DNA of 63,619 bases, counting the filler, from Pelomyxa schiedti (Eukaryota; Protista; Evosea): assembly GCA_020536535.1 (NCBI GenBank). It is 13 parts of 13 records of this genome, joined end to end, with 100 filler letters (N's around TTAATTAATTAA, not from the genome) between each part and the next. Parts side by side here need not be neighbours in the genome. Positions count along the whole stretch, not along the records: positions 50,771 to 52,476 come from JAHLWZ010002322.1; positions 52,577 to 58,103 come from JAHLWZ010001493.1; positions 58,204 to 60,145 come from JAHLWZ010002203.1; positions 60,246 to 61,316 come from JAHLWZ010002892.1; positions 61,417 to 62,446 come from JAHLWZ010002972.1; 8 more parts are not named here. One strand, 5' to 3'. Positions 50,671 through 61,906 of this stretch are shown in pieces. How positions within the stretch are numbered: position 1 is the first letter of the stretch; each line of letters starts with the position of its first letter. The notes below the pieces were generated by a model, which was not told where the DNA came from, did no database searches, and saw nothing but the letters and a program-made list of their open reading frames with translations. Position numbers and translations under genes: made by a program.

Positions 50671-51989
50671 NNNNNNNNNNNNNNNNNNNNNNNNNNNNNN
50701 NNNNNNNNNNNNNNTTAATTAATTAANNNNNNNNNNNNNNNNNNNNNNNNNNNNNNNNNNNNNNNNNNNNTTCGCGGAAATCTACCTGATCGTTCACCTC
50801 GATTTCAAGTCGTTTTCGAGTCCTTATAAGCCCGACACACTCCGACCTTAGAATCGCGACCCAAACCTCATAAATCAAAACAAACAACAAAACAGAACAA
50901 ATAATAGAATCCTTTCTTGATCTCGTTCTTGTTCTCTGCTTTGCCGTCTCACAACAAACTACATCCCACAGAAGCACACAATCCCTATACCGGAAGTAAT
51001 GCTTTCTTCAGGACACTATCAAATATCTTTGAAGACTGCTTACAGTGAGTTTCCTGCAAGTTTAACTCTTGATAATTGTATTCTGTAATATATATCCCAG
51101 CAACCGTATAGTGAGGTTCAACTGGCAGGGCATATGAAACTTTGTTTTTTTCCCCCTTCTATCATAGCTTCACTTATGACTGCGGGCAATGGGGCCATGA
51201 ATTTGTACTTCCCATGTTGATGGGGGTTAGTTTTTAACTTCCAAAAAAAGTTTGATGTAGACAGGGGTACTTGAATACGCGAAAACGCTTGCAAGAATAA
51301 GAATATGTCCCATCTCAATGGGATTTTTCAAACTGTTCACTAATTCCCATTTTTTTTTCCTCTAATATATGGGATGGATCTCAGCCTGTCATCTGGATTC
51401 TCTGCAGGATCAGAAAAGAAAACTCTGTTGAGGTCCCTGAAGCTACGCGTTGGTAAGAATATAACTTATATAGAAACACATATATTGATAATACCACTTC
51501 TGTGACATAAGTTCCCGAACCCAAGGTGAAGCTCCCTCCATGGTCCAGCAGTGGTCCTTCCATGAAGCTTGGCGGAACAGGCCCGCTGGAAAGGTGGGAA
51601 TTGAATAAACAAATGAAGTCATTTTAACATACCAGCGATATAAACTCCAGAGAGCAGCTGAAGTGTGAAAGGACTCAAATCCTTTAACATTATGGGCATA
51701 ACTGAGAGTATGTCAAGAGGGTGGTTTAGACAGAGCCCACCCACGGCAATGTGATTGAAAAAGTTGTCGTCAAATACTTCACGCCACATGTCGTAGCAGA
51801 GGACGTAGTCTTGGGCACACTGAGGGAAAAAAAACAAAAACAAGCACATACCTGGGTAGTGCTTCACAGGGCCGACTAAACCCTGGAACTTTTGTTGCGG
51901 TATAGGATGGGCATCGTCGCTCCACAAACTGCCACCATCCACACACCAATTTTCAGGCAGGGTGCTCATTCAACTTTTTTGTGTTGCGG

Positions 51990-52260
51990 TGTAACCTCGG
52001 GTTACAACACACATTTAAGAGTGCAAAAAATTCCAAAACTGCACTCTTAAGTGCAGTGATTGCACCTCTGGTTACAATGAACAACTTATGTGTCCAACAA
52101 ATGCGAAAACCAGACCCATAGGGGTCATCACTGCACCTTAGGTTACAAAGGAAAGGCCCTCTGCACCTTGGGTTACATCAAAAATCAATGCACCTCGGGT
52201 GACATTAAAATAGCAATGCACCTCGGGTTACATCAAAAATCATTGCACCTAATGTTACAT
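51990..52260. repeat. Cluster of about 7 imperfect 16-nt direct repeats (TGCACCTCGGGTTACA)
   Basis: Motif variants near 51992, 52061, 52132, 52162, 52189, 52217 and 52244; spacing about 27-30 nt at the right end. Confidence 0.75.
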
Positions 52261-52576
52261 TTCACCGCACAAGTGAAAGGAAATCATTAAAAAAAAACCA
52301 TTTCCTGAGCCAACAGACACGGAACCATGGGCCGGTGTTGCCACAAGAGCTGAAATTGTGTGATTCAGTGAATCCACAGGCAAACTCTTCAATGCAAACC
52401 GCTGAAGCAACGCAGGACTGAGAGACTCAGGTGCTGAGTCAGCAGCGCGGACTTAACGAATTTGGAAATCAACTTCNNNNNNNNNNNNNNNNNNNNNNNN
52501 NNNNNNNNNNNNNNNNNNNNTTAATTAATTAANNNNNNNNNNNNNNNNNNNNNNNNNNNNNNNNNNNNNNNNNNNN

Positions 52577-52891
52577 CAGTGTAACTTGTACTTCTACTTC
52601 AGGCTGCTGATTGGATACCTCTCGTTGGTTGTTGTAGCCGGTGCGTGTACCGAAACGACCACAGCGATGGTGGGTGAGCATGCAAAGGGCGAGGAACTGT
52701 GCCGAGGCGCCGCGCAAGGCGACAATCCTCGCAACGAGAGGTAAGGCACGTGATGTTGTTGCTTCTGTTGTTGGCGAAGAGGGGGCCGCTGGCAGTGCTG
52801 AAAACGACGATACTGTTGTTGTTGTTGTGGTGCTGGCGTATTGGTGTGGAGTGCTTTTGGCCTTTCTGCGCCTCTGTTTAACGAGGGACAT
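52577..52891 (-). CDS. HPRCG-family protein N-terminus (3'-partial)
   Basis: GASAQFLALCMLTHHRCG. Confidence 0.6.
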
Positions 52892-52961
52892 GACAGTGAC
52901 ACCACGATCGTGAGCGACGATAACGAAAATGACAGCGTTCCGGTCCGTTGATTTATTCCGC

Positions 52962-54390
52962 CAAATGAGAAAAACAGAATTTTTTGTGAGCAAGGCAGGG
53001 TGAAGCGGCCCGATTTTGCCGGGATTTGTTGATGTTTTGTGCCGCGGGGCGTTGGCGTGGCGCCGCGGCTGCGCATAAATGGGTTTTGGTGATTGTTCAG
53101 TGGCTTGTGACTTTTGATTATCCCCACAAAAAAAATCGACGAGGGGAGGCCATGCCACTAGTGGACAAACAGTACTCTCCCATTTGCTTTTTGTTGTCTT
53201 CTTCGCCACTGTTCTATTTGCTTGTTTATTATTTTATTTATCGGAGTGGTGTTTTAGATTTTATAATTTATATTATTAAATTACATAATGTATTAACTTC
53301 TTTATAAATAATTTTGATTACGCCTCCAGTTCTTTTTTCCATTCAGCCTGTATTAGAAGTCTCCGCATTACACCAGTATTTACGGCAGCTTTCCACCAGT
53401 GTGTGGCTTCTTCTTTCTTCGTTTTCTCACGTAGGATAATTAGGTGCCGGACGTGGTGTCTGTAATCCCAGCTGGCTAGGTAACTTCCTTCTGTATTTTA
53501 TTATACTGGCACGGTGGTATGTAGGTTTTTTTACAGCTGCGCCAGATGGCAACCGCCAACGTACATCCCTCCCCCTCGTTATCCCACTCAAAGTACTAGG
53601 TACCAGACTGGGCACCAGGCCGAATTCCTCACACTCACTCTCACCATCCTCGCCTCACACCTCTATGTACAAGCCTGAAGTCGAAAATCGACTTCAGGCA
53701 AAAAAAAAAAGTTTTCTGCCCTTAATTCCTTGTCTCTAAAATGGTGCCACGTTTTTTTAAATCCACATTTTGGAGAGAAGTGGGCCCACATTGTGGGTAC
53801 ACATGAGAGTGAAAGAGTAAGAAGGGAAATTTGGGCCTGGCTGTGCACCCGTCACAGTAAAGTGTGGTAGTTGGAAAGCGGAAAAGCGGGAGGGGTTAGG
53901 GAAGTTGGGGTTGGCAGTCCGGTACCTACAACTGTTCAGCAATGGAGAAGGACGTGCGTCGGTGGTTGTCATGTCAGCAGCGGCGTAAAAAATTACTTTT
54001 AATTAAATTAATAATAAATAATTAATAAATACAATATAAATATATATATTAAATATTTAATATATATATGAAGTAATTTAATGGATTCAGAAATAAAATA
54101 ATTAACATTAGATGGCACGACGTCATGGAAGAGACAAGGCGGGTACCGCTTGTTCCTCTTCAGCCCAGGGCGGCATGGTCTCCCCTCATAGCAAGGATTT
54201 TTTTGGTGGTGTGGAGATAAACAAAGAGGCAAGTCACTGCACAGTCTCCACAACTCCAAACATGCCATTTATGTTCCAGGCCCGCAGCCGCGGCGAGACC
54301 CGATTCAACGAACACACGCGCTGCCGCCGCGCCAACCGCCCCGCGGCACAAAACATCAACAAATCGGGCCGCTTCACGCTGCCGTGCTCA
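52962..54390. mobile_element. Third copy of the TIR element, in reverse orientation with eroded ends
   Basis: Both TIR interiors are present; the internal sequence is the reverse complement of about 33700-35530, with deletions. Confidence 0.85.
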
Positions 54391-54618
54391 ATTCTGTATG
54401 TTGTTGCAAAGACCACTCAACCCTACTCCCACGACTTGCTCTGTCATCCTCTGTTCATGTAAAAATGGGAATTCTAGAATTTGTCTCCTGAATCAACCAC
54501 CATATGCCATTTGCACAGTGCTGGTTGATTCGGCTTGAGATCCCCCAGTGAGAGAGTAGTGAGGTTCTACGGAGTGGGTGCTCGTTGATTTTGTGATGAT
54601 CAAAGAAAAACGAAACTA

Positions 54619-56882
54619 ATGGCACAGTCCACGAGGGTGTTTGTGGACAACCTGAAGTGGACATATGGAGTGTACTGTGGCCAAGCTGTAAACAACCGAC
54701 CCGATGGGTGTGGTAAGCTCGTGTGGCAGGTAGATGGTTTTACCCGTGAAGGAACCTATGTGGGTGAGTGGAAAGATGGAGTGAGGGAGGGTCAAGGGGC
54801 AGCCACGTGGCCTGACGGTGGGACTTACTATGGGCAGTGGCAGAGTGACACGATGCGTGGTAATGGTGTGCTGAGGCATGGGGTCACCGGCGACATCACC
54901 TGGGGACAGTTCGCCAACGGGTGCTGTGCAGGAACGGGGAGGATGTTTCTGGGTGAAAATAGTCCACAGAAAGACCCTGGAGGGAGTTATGTGGGCCAGG
55001 TAAATGACGGCAAGTTTCATGGGAATGGGGTAAGGCTGTGGTCAAATGGCAACAGTTATGAAGGGCAGTGGGAGGGTGACAAGGAGAACGGGGCAGGGAA
55101 AAAGAGGTGGTCAAGGGATGGGTCCACATTCACTGGTGTGTGGAAGAATGGTGTGCCAGTAAAGGGAACAATGGAGTGGCCAAACGGTGACAAGTTCACT
55201 GGCACCTTCACACATGCAACAGGAGAACAGGAGGAGATATACCACGGTGAGGGTGCATTGTCACTTTCACCATCAACTGACCCTGGTGTGGACTGCCAGT
55301 TTAACGGAACTCTCAAAGGGAATACATTCCATGGAACAGACGGTGCTGCTTTGCATTTGATGGGCTCATCACTGCCACAGCTGGGTCACAGCCAACTGAT
55401 TCAGGTTTACATTCCTCACCACCTTTTCCATTCCCAAGAGAAATAGAAACTTAATCAGAAGAGTGAGGCAGAAAGAACTCAGTGGAATGATGAAAACCAA
55501 CAACTTCAGAAGAAATTGAACGTGGCAGAGGAGAAAATCAAGGTATGTGTCACATTGTACTCTATCTCAAGCTCACCCAAAAAAAGGAATTGAACAGTAC
55601 AATCACCCAGCTTCAACAGCAATTCATACTCATTGACATTGACAAAGCAAGTCAATCAGAGGCACTGCACGAACTGCAAGAAGCATTTGGTATAACCACA
55701 CAGATAAGATCAAAGTTGAAGAATGCAGTGCCACAGCTGATCTCGCTTGAAGAGTCAGTTTCAAGACTGAAGGAACTCATACCAATGTCCACAGGGAGCA
55801 ACAAGTCACTTGAGGTTCACCTAAACGACCTGGTAACCCTCAGAGAAGTCCTTTCCAATGAAGTCAATGAATCAGAGAGAAGATGCAAGGAACTCCTTGG
55901 ACAAACATTGACAGTTCGCAGCAGCCAGTCAGAGATACACCAATGCTCCAAGAACATCAACTCACTGATTAAGAGACTTATCACAATCAAACCCTCTGAC
56001 AATCCAGAAGGTGAAAGGCAGGTTCCATCGAAAGGTCAGTTTACCAACAAATACTTATTGCATTCATAAAACACCATCCAGACACCAAGAACTTGTTGAC
56101 TCTCAAGCCTTGGAGGCATATTACGGAACTTCCACCCTCCCCTCCACCTTTTTTTTTTGACTTGACGGAGCTCACCACTGCATCTGTCATTATGCAAGGG
56201 GCATGTAAATTTGATAGATGTGCAAACCTCACAAATGAAAATGCACAACTCCGAGAGAAGTACAACACACAAGTCACACAAAACCAAATGCTGCAAAAAG
56301 AAGTTGAAGAAGCCTGTGCTGCATGCCACAAACTCACCACAGATTTCCAACACAAGTTCATGCTGAGGTCTGGTCTGGAGGGTGATGAAAAGTTCATGTC
56401 TCACCCTGATGTGCTTCCTGATCTTGCTGAGTTGCTTCCACATGCACAGCAGGCTCTCATGGATATCTTGCTCTCCATGTCAATAGCACCCATCAACACT
56501 CCAGCCACTCCACCTCCACCCCCACCCTCTACCACCCCTGATGCTACAACACTCCCTGGATGCACTGCTCAAACCAAAACACCAACCTATAACATCACCA
56601 GCAGCAGCAACAACAACCAGCAACCAGGAACATGCAAGGTGTGTGAAGTGTGTGAGGACAGGCCACCTGACCTTCAGTTTCACCCCTGTGGCCACTGTAT
56701 ATGCTGCTCTGCGGTACTTTTTTGCCCTCACACTTATTGTACACCCAAAAATTTTAAAATACACACAACAACCAGCACTAATATCACCCCCTTCCCTCTT
56801 AACACAGTGTGCCACTAATATGAAGAGGTGTTTGATGTGCCGTACTCCCATCCTCAGTAAACAAAAGCTATCAGCCACATGA
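54619..56882 (+). CDS. MORN-repeat / coiled coil / C-terminal RING finger protein (multi-exon)
   Basis: Multiple YxGxWxxGxxxGxG repeats and heptad-rich exons, then CEVC..PCGH..CCSA|CA...CLMCR (C3HC4-type RING split by an intron). Confidence 0.85.
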
Positions 56883-57834
56883 ACCTTGGGGGAAAACCAC
56901 ACGCACAGACACACATACTACAGTCTGACCCTACCTCCTCCTTTACTGACACACCCTGATTCCAAAGTGTGTGCAAGTTCCCCAATTTAGATGGAATCTG
57001 GGAGATTTAACACAATTCATTCGTTTAGCTTAGTCTTCTTTCTGTTTTTGTTCTTGTTCTCTCAGGTCATTGGAGATTCCACGACGAGGAGAAGGGGCAC
57101 AGTGGTATGTTACCATTTCTCTTCTCTGTTTTTCTTTTTCCCCTGCATTTGAAAACCAGGTGCAGAATGTGTCTGTGGTTAGGCTCCATTCCACCAGTAT
57201 TCCTCTTCTTGAGTCCCCCAATATATAACTCCCCTCTAGGTCCTTTTCTGCATTCACACTGTATGCACATGGGAGTGTTGGCATTGGGGTCCTCTGTGAC
57301 TTTCAGCGTATGGTTTCTTATTTCTTTTTCTCGTTTCACCTTTACAGTTGGTGGTGGACTCCAGATTTTTTCTTTTCCCGCATTTGTGACTCCTCCTTTT
57401 TTTCTTTCTCGATTTCTGTGGCATCCAAGACTTGAACTGCAGGTATTTCTCTGTTTTTCTTTTTCAATTTCTCACACTTGATACCAGGTGTAGCAGCAAC
57501 TTGCCGGCTGCTGAGAGGAAAGCCAGTCATCACCAAGAAGGTAAATCCCCCTCTCTTTGTATGAACCACCCACTTCTCACTCTCGCTCCCTCCTACGCTA
57601 CTCCTGCACTCCACACTTCCATTCCTGGCCTGAAGTTGGTTTTCGACTTTCTCCACTTGGGTAGTGTTTTTTCATTTTGAGACCACCCTTGGGAACAGCT
57701 TGGAACCCACTCTGGGTGTGATCTGAAATCACAGTGGCACTAAGACACACGTGCACGGTGGAGAACAAAGACGAATCATCAATCAATTTTGTTTGAAGTG
57801 ATGAGAGCGAAAATTTCAAATTCAAAAGGAACTG

Positions 57835-58103
57835 TTAGAGCAAGAAGGAGAGCTTTGTGTGGCTCATCTTCTTGAACCTTTTCTTGTCCTTGCCCTTGTA
57901 TGTGAGTATGGCCAATTTTGTGCCAGACTCCCAGTCACTCACAACCACTCTGTCACCAGTGAGGTGGAACAGGAACCCTGCATGCCCAAACAAAATCTGC
58001 TCACAGGTGTCCTTGATGTTGCATTCAATAACCCTCAGTGGGTGCGATGGCACGTTGCAGTCCCAGATTTCCATTGCTGGGATTCCAGAAATGTACTGTC
58101 GGT
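57835..58103 (-). CDS. C-terminus of a family protein (5'-partial)
   Basis: MEIWDCN..PLRVI...HAGFLFH...VSDWESG matches the 38825 paralog C-terminus. Confidence 0.7.
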
Positions 58104-58203
58104 NNNNNNNNNNNNNNNNNNNNNNNNNNNNNNNNNNNNNNNNNNNNTTAATTAATTAANNNNNNNNNNNNNNNNNNNNNNNNNNNNNNNNNNNNNNNNN
58201 NNN

Positions 58204-59419
58204 ATAGAGAGAAACCTCCGTCTGGTTGGTTTAATCGCTTTGAAAACTCTATCAGCAAGGGTTTCTTTACGGGGAGAGTCACCTTCGCCAACATCACCCT
58301 ATAACAGAATTAGACAAGGGTAAGTAAGTAACGTAAATACCATTGAGTCAGTTCTGGATTTTTTGGGGGATCTTTTGTGTCCTCGCGACCTTCCAGATTT
58401 TCTTTTCTACATATGAAGTGAGCAGTAATGTTGGAGAAGGGAAGGGTTACTCGAGATTGGTCACTGCATTTGACAGGTTAGATTAAAGTATAATCTGGAA
58501 GAGTACTGCACCTTGATTCGGCTGGTTCGACTTCCTCTTGGTTCACCTCTGACTCATTTTGGAACATTTGATCAGCCAGCTCCTTTTAATAGTCCTTTGT
58601 TAACGGAACTGCAATACTATTTTCCTTACTTGGTTGTCACCAGGATACTCTCCAGTCCCTACAGTTGGTCATCCCAACGAATCATCAAAACGAACAAAAA
58701 AGCAAACCTTGCTCCTCGGGTGCACCCTCCTGAGGTATGTCAAGGGGAAGAACTTCAATGTTTTCTTCGCCTTCCACATGTTGTGCTTCACCCTGATAAA
58801 AAAAAGCATTACAACAACGCCACGGATTTATCTGTCTGGCAATGCCCAAACAAAACAAAAAAAAAAGAGAGAGAGAAAGGCCACAATACAATTACAATTA
58901 CAATTACAATTACAATTACAATTACAATTACAATTACAATTACAATTACAATTACAATTACAATTACAATTACAATTACAATTACAATACCTCAGTCAGG
59001 GGGAGGGGCGTCACGTCGTTTTCCTGGGCCCCCTCCTCCCCTCCCGGGGCTGCCTCGGTCTCCGCGTTGCCCTCCGCGTTCTTGTGCTGCTCCTCCGCAC
59101 TCCCTTCTTCTTCCGGCTTCGCCGGGGGCTGCTGCTGCTGCTCTCCTCCCTCCTTGGCCCCCCTCGCAGCCGCCCCGGCCGTGGCCGTCGCCGTGGCCGC
59201 TCCCTCGCCTTCCGCCGCCGCCTGTTCTTCCCCGCGACGCGCGTCCTCGTTGTCGTGGTGTTGCTCAGTCGACGAGGACGACGCCGTGGCTGTGGTTGAT
59301 GTCGTCGCTGTCGTCGTCGCGGGGCCTAACGGCACTGACGTCGCAACCGACGCCGCCGTATCTGCGACTACGTTGCCGGTCCTCTGGCTCTCTCCCGTTG
59401 TCGCCGCGGCACTGCTCAT
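58204..59419 (-). CDS. Multi-exon protein with an acidic, low-complexity N-terminus (3'-partial), function unknown
   Basis: GC-rich first exon (MSSAAATT...PLTE|gtattg), followed by further acidic exons (GEAQHVEGEENIE..., ELADQMFQNESE...). Confidence 0.55.
58888..58987. repeat. (ACAATT)n microsatellite within an intron
   Basis: About 17 perfect hexamers directly after the exon 1 donor site. Confidence 0.95.
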
Positions 59420-60245
59420 CTTCCCCTGAATAATTTAAGCAAAATTCGAATTAAATCGGAGTTTTGATGTAACGAAGGGTCACAGGGAACACAAGTTGGG
59501 AAAACAACGGTTTTTTTGGATTGACTCCACTCCCCTGCGTTGCGGGGGCGGTGGGGTTAGAATCACTTTCGTTTGCATACGAAAGAGAAACTGGGAGGAA
59601 GGCTTTGTAGAATTGGGGTAGAACCAAAGAAGGAAAATGGGGAAAGGGTGACCTCTATATGGCACCAATTAATACAAATACAATACCACAACAAACCAGA
59701 ATCACTCCCTTTGTCGTGTTAGTGGGAATTAAATGTTCCAATATAATGTTATTATTTCATAGTTTGATATAACCAAAACAAAGCGACCCCACTGCTGTAA
59801 TTATAGAGGAGGGACTTACCAATGCAACTAGAAGTTTAAGATTTCTCAGCCGCTTTTCAGCCTTCTTCCTTCTTGCTTCTTTTCTTCTCCTTTTCCTTCT
59901 GCAGGGGTATGTAAAGAAGATTAAAGATAGGGAGTTTTCAATTCAGACGATATTTCGCCAATATATACATACACCGTTTATATTTCAATATAAATAAAAA
60001 CATCCGCCTTGCCAATATTATTACTACAATCGAAAAGAGAGAGAATGGACAGCGGAACGTACACTTGGCCGGGGTTCTCGTTTAGCGACATGTTCCTGGA
60101 CTCCTTGTCGATGGCGTAACCGCCGTGCCTGTCCATCGGGGACGGNNNNNNNNNNNNNNNNNNNNNNNNNNNNNNNNNNNNNNNNNNNNTTAATTAATTA
60201 ANNNNNNNNNNNNNNNNNNNNNNNNNNNNNNNNNNNNNNNNNNNN

Positions 60246-61316
60246 TGTGTATTGTGCGATCACTGGTGACTGGCAAACAATACACATCAGCTTCTCCTTG
60301 ATTGTTGACACTGTGATTTCCGGGAACACTCTCAGCATCATCTGCCATGTTGGAAGGTCAAAAAACATGGTGGAAAAGATGTTCAGGTGCATGTCATTGC
60401 TCAAAACCTAACAAGTATTGAGGCTGAATGGAATGATGTTGAAACGATTACCTCATCCAACGAGAAGTGGAACATGTTGATGAGCCACTCAGCACAACTG
60501 GAATGATGCTGTATCAGTAAGTTCAGGAGCAGTGCATTGTTGTTGAGTGTGATGTGATGGCGTTCGAGTTGGAAGTGTGTGATCAACCACTTGACCACTT
60601 TGCTCGAGGAAAACTGAATGTGTTGGTCATAGTCGGTACTGGTGAGACACTTTGCAACAGTCTCCTTGTCGAACTCACCCATGGAAACAACTTTTTGCAC
60701 TTGTGTGAGAGTGTCACATTGGAGGATGATGTGCAGTAGGCCGGCGACGAGCTCATTTCGGTGTGGTTCACTGATTGGGACCTTCTCAATGATGAAGAGG
60801 GGAATGGTTGACATGCATGATTTGAAAACAAGGTGCCTGACAGCTTTCACAACAAATCTTTCTTCCACATGTGCCATTGCCGGATGGTTCAGAAGCCACT
60901 TCACACCATCTACTAGTTCATCAAAATAAGCACGCCCGCACACACGCACAAGGATGGAACCTGCTAGTTCTTGAGTAGCACCCATGATGTGGAATTTGGC
61001 ATCCAGCCACGACGCAACTGCGGTGTTCGCCTTGGCCAATGCCTCAATGAAGGAATCTAATACATCCTCATCAGAAAGTGGTGTTTCCACGTTCGATGAC
61101 AACCATTGCACGAGTTCCACATTATCTCCCAAGTTCTCACATGCCCTTCCAAACATGAAGGAATTCAGAGGAACATCTGCTACCCCAGTCACCCACTTCA
61201 CCATGGCCAAAGGTTCCTCCCGCGCCTTTGCACAAATGTCCCCAAGGAGATCTTCTGAGAATCCAAAATCTGGGAATTCCAGTGCTGCCCACTGAAGCAC
61301 TTCAAGGTTGTAAATT
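60246..61316 (-). CDS. Degenerate ankyrin-like repeat protein (partial at both ends; intron 60408-60451)
   Basis: Paralog motifs NVELVQWL, VASWLDAKFHIM, SSKVVKWLI, CAEWLI. Confidence 0.8.
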
Positions 61317-61416
61317 NNNNNNNNNNNNNNNNNNNNNNNNNNNNNNNNNNNNNNNNNNNNTTAATTAATTAANNNNNNNNNNNNNNNNNNNNNNNNNNNN
61401 NNNNNNNNNNNNNNNN

Positions 61417-61906
61417 AGCCGGGCCTGCTTGAGTGAACCCCAACATCACCCATTACTGACCATCCCAGGACAGGAGACACCCTGAACGTGACACAGTCGG
61501 TAGCCCACCGCTGCAGAGGAACGAAGAAGAACCTCTGTGTCTCGTGGCAATAATCCCACACGAGCCTGATTGCCAATGACGCGGAGTAACGCGACGAAGG
61601 GGACTGTGATGGACTCGTCGTGCACGATGATGATGATGATGACGAGGACGAGGACGAGGAGGCGGAGGAGGATGAGTTGGACCCCCCACCGCCACCACGA
61701 CACCCACCGCCACGACAGCAGCGGGGGTGTGACATCAACAGCATGGCCACGAACTGGTCTCGTGCACTCTGGGAGACTCTGACGGATACCGACCAGGGGC
61801 GATCGTCGACGTGTGGTTGCGGTTGCGGTTGCGGTTGTGGTTGTGTTGAACCCTTGTCGTTGTTGTCGCTGTTGCTGTTGCTGTTGATCTTCAGCGTGGT
61901 GGGCAT
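61417..61906 (-). CDS. ARDQF/HPRC-family protein N-terminus (3'-partial)
   Basis: SARDQFVAMLLMSHPRC...IRLVWDY...FRVSPVLG. Confidence 0.7.

Noticed and set aside
51990-52260. Possible CRISPR array
   Set aside because: The repeats are short and degenerate, the spacers are only about 11-14 nt and similar to each other, there are no cas genes, and the context is eukaryotic.
58513-59433. Plus-strand ORFs with (IT)n, (QL)n or (YN)n tracts
   Set aside because: These are translations of an intronic hexamer microsatellite, antisense to the real gene.
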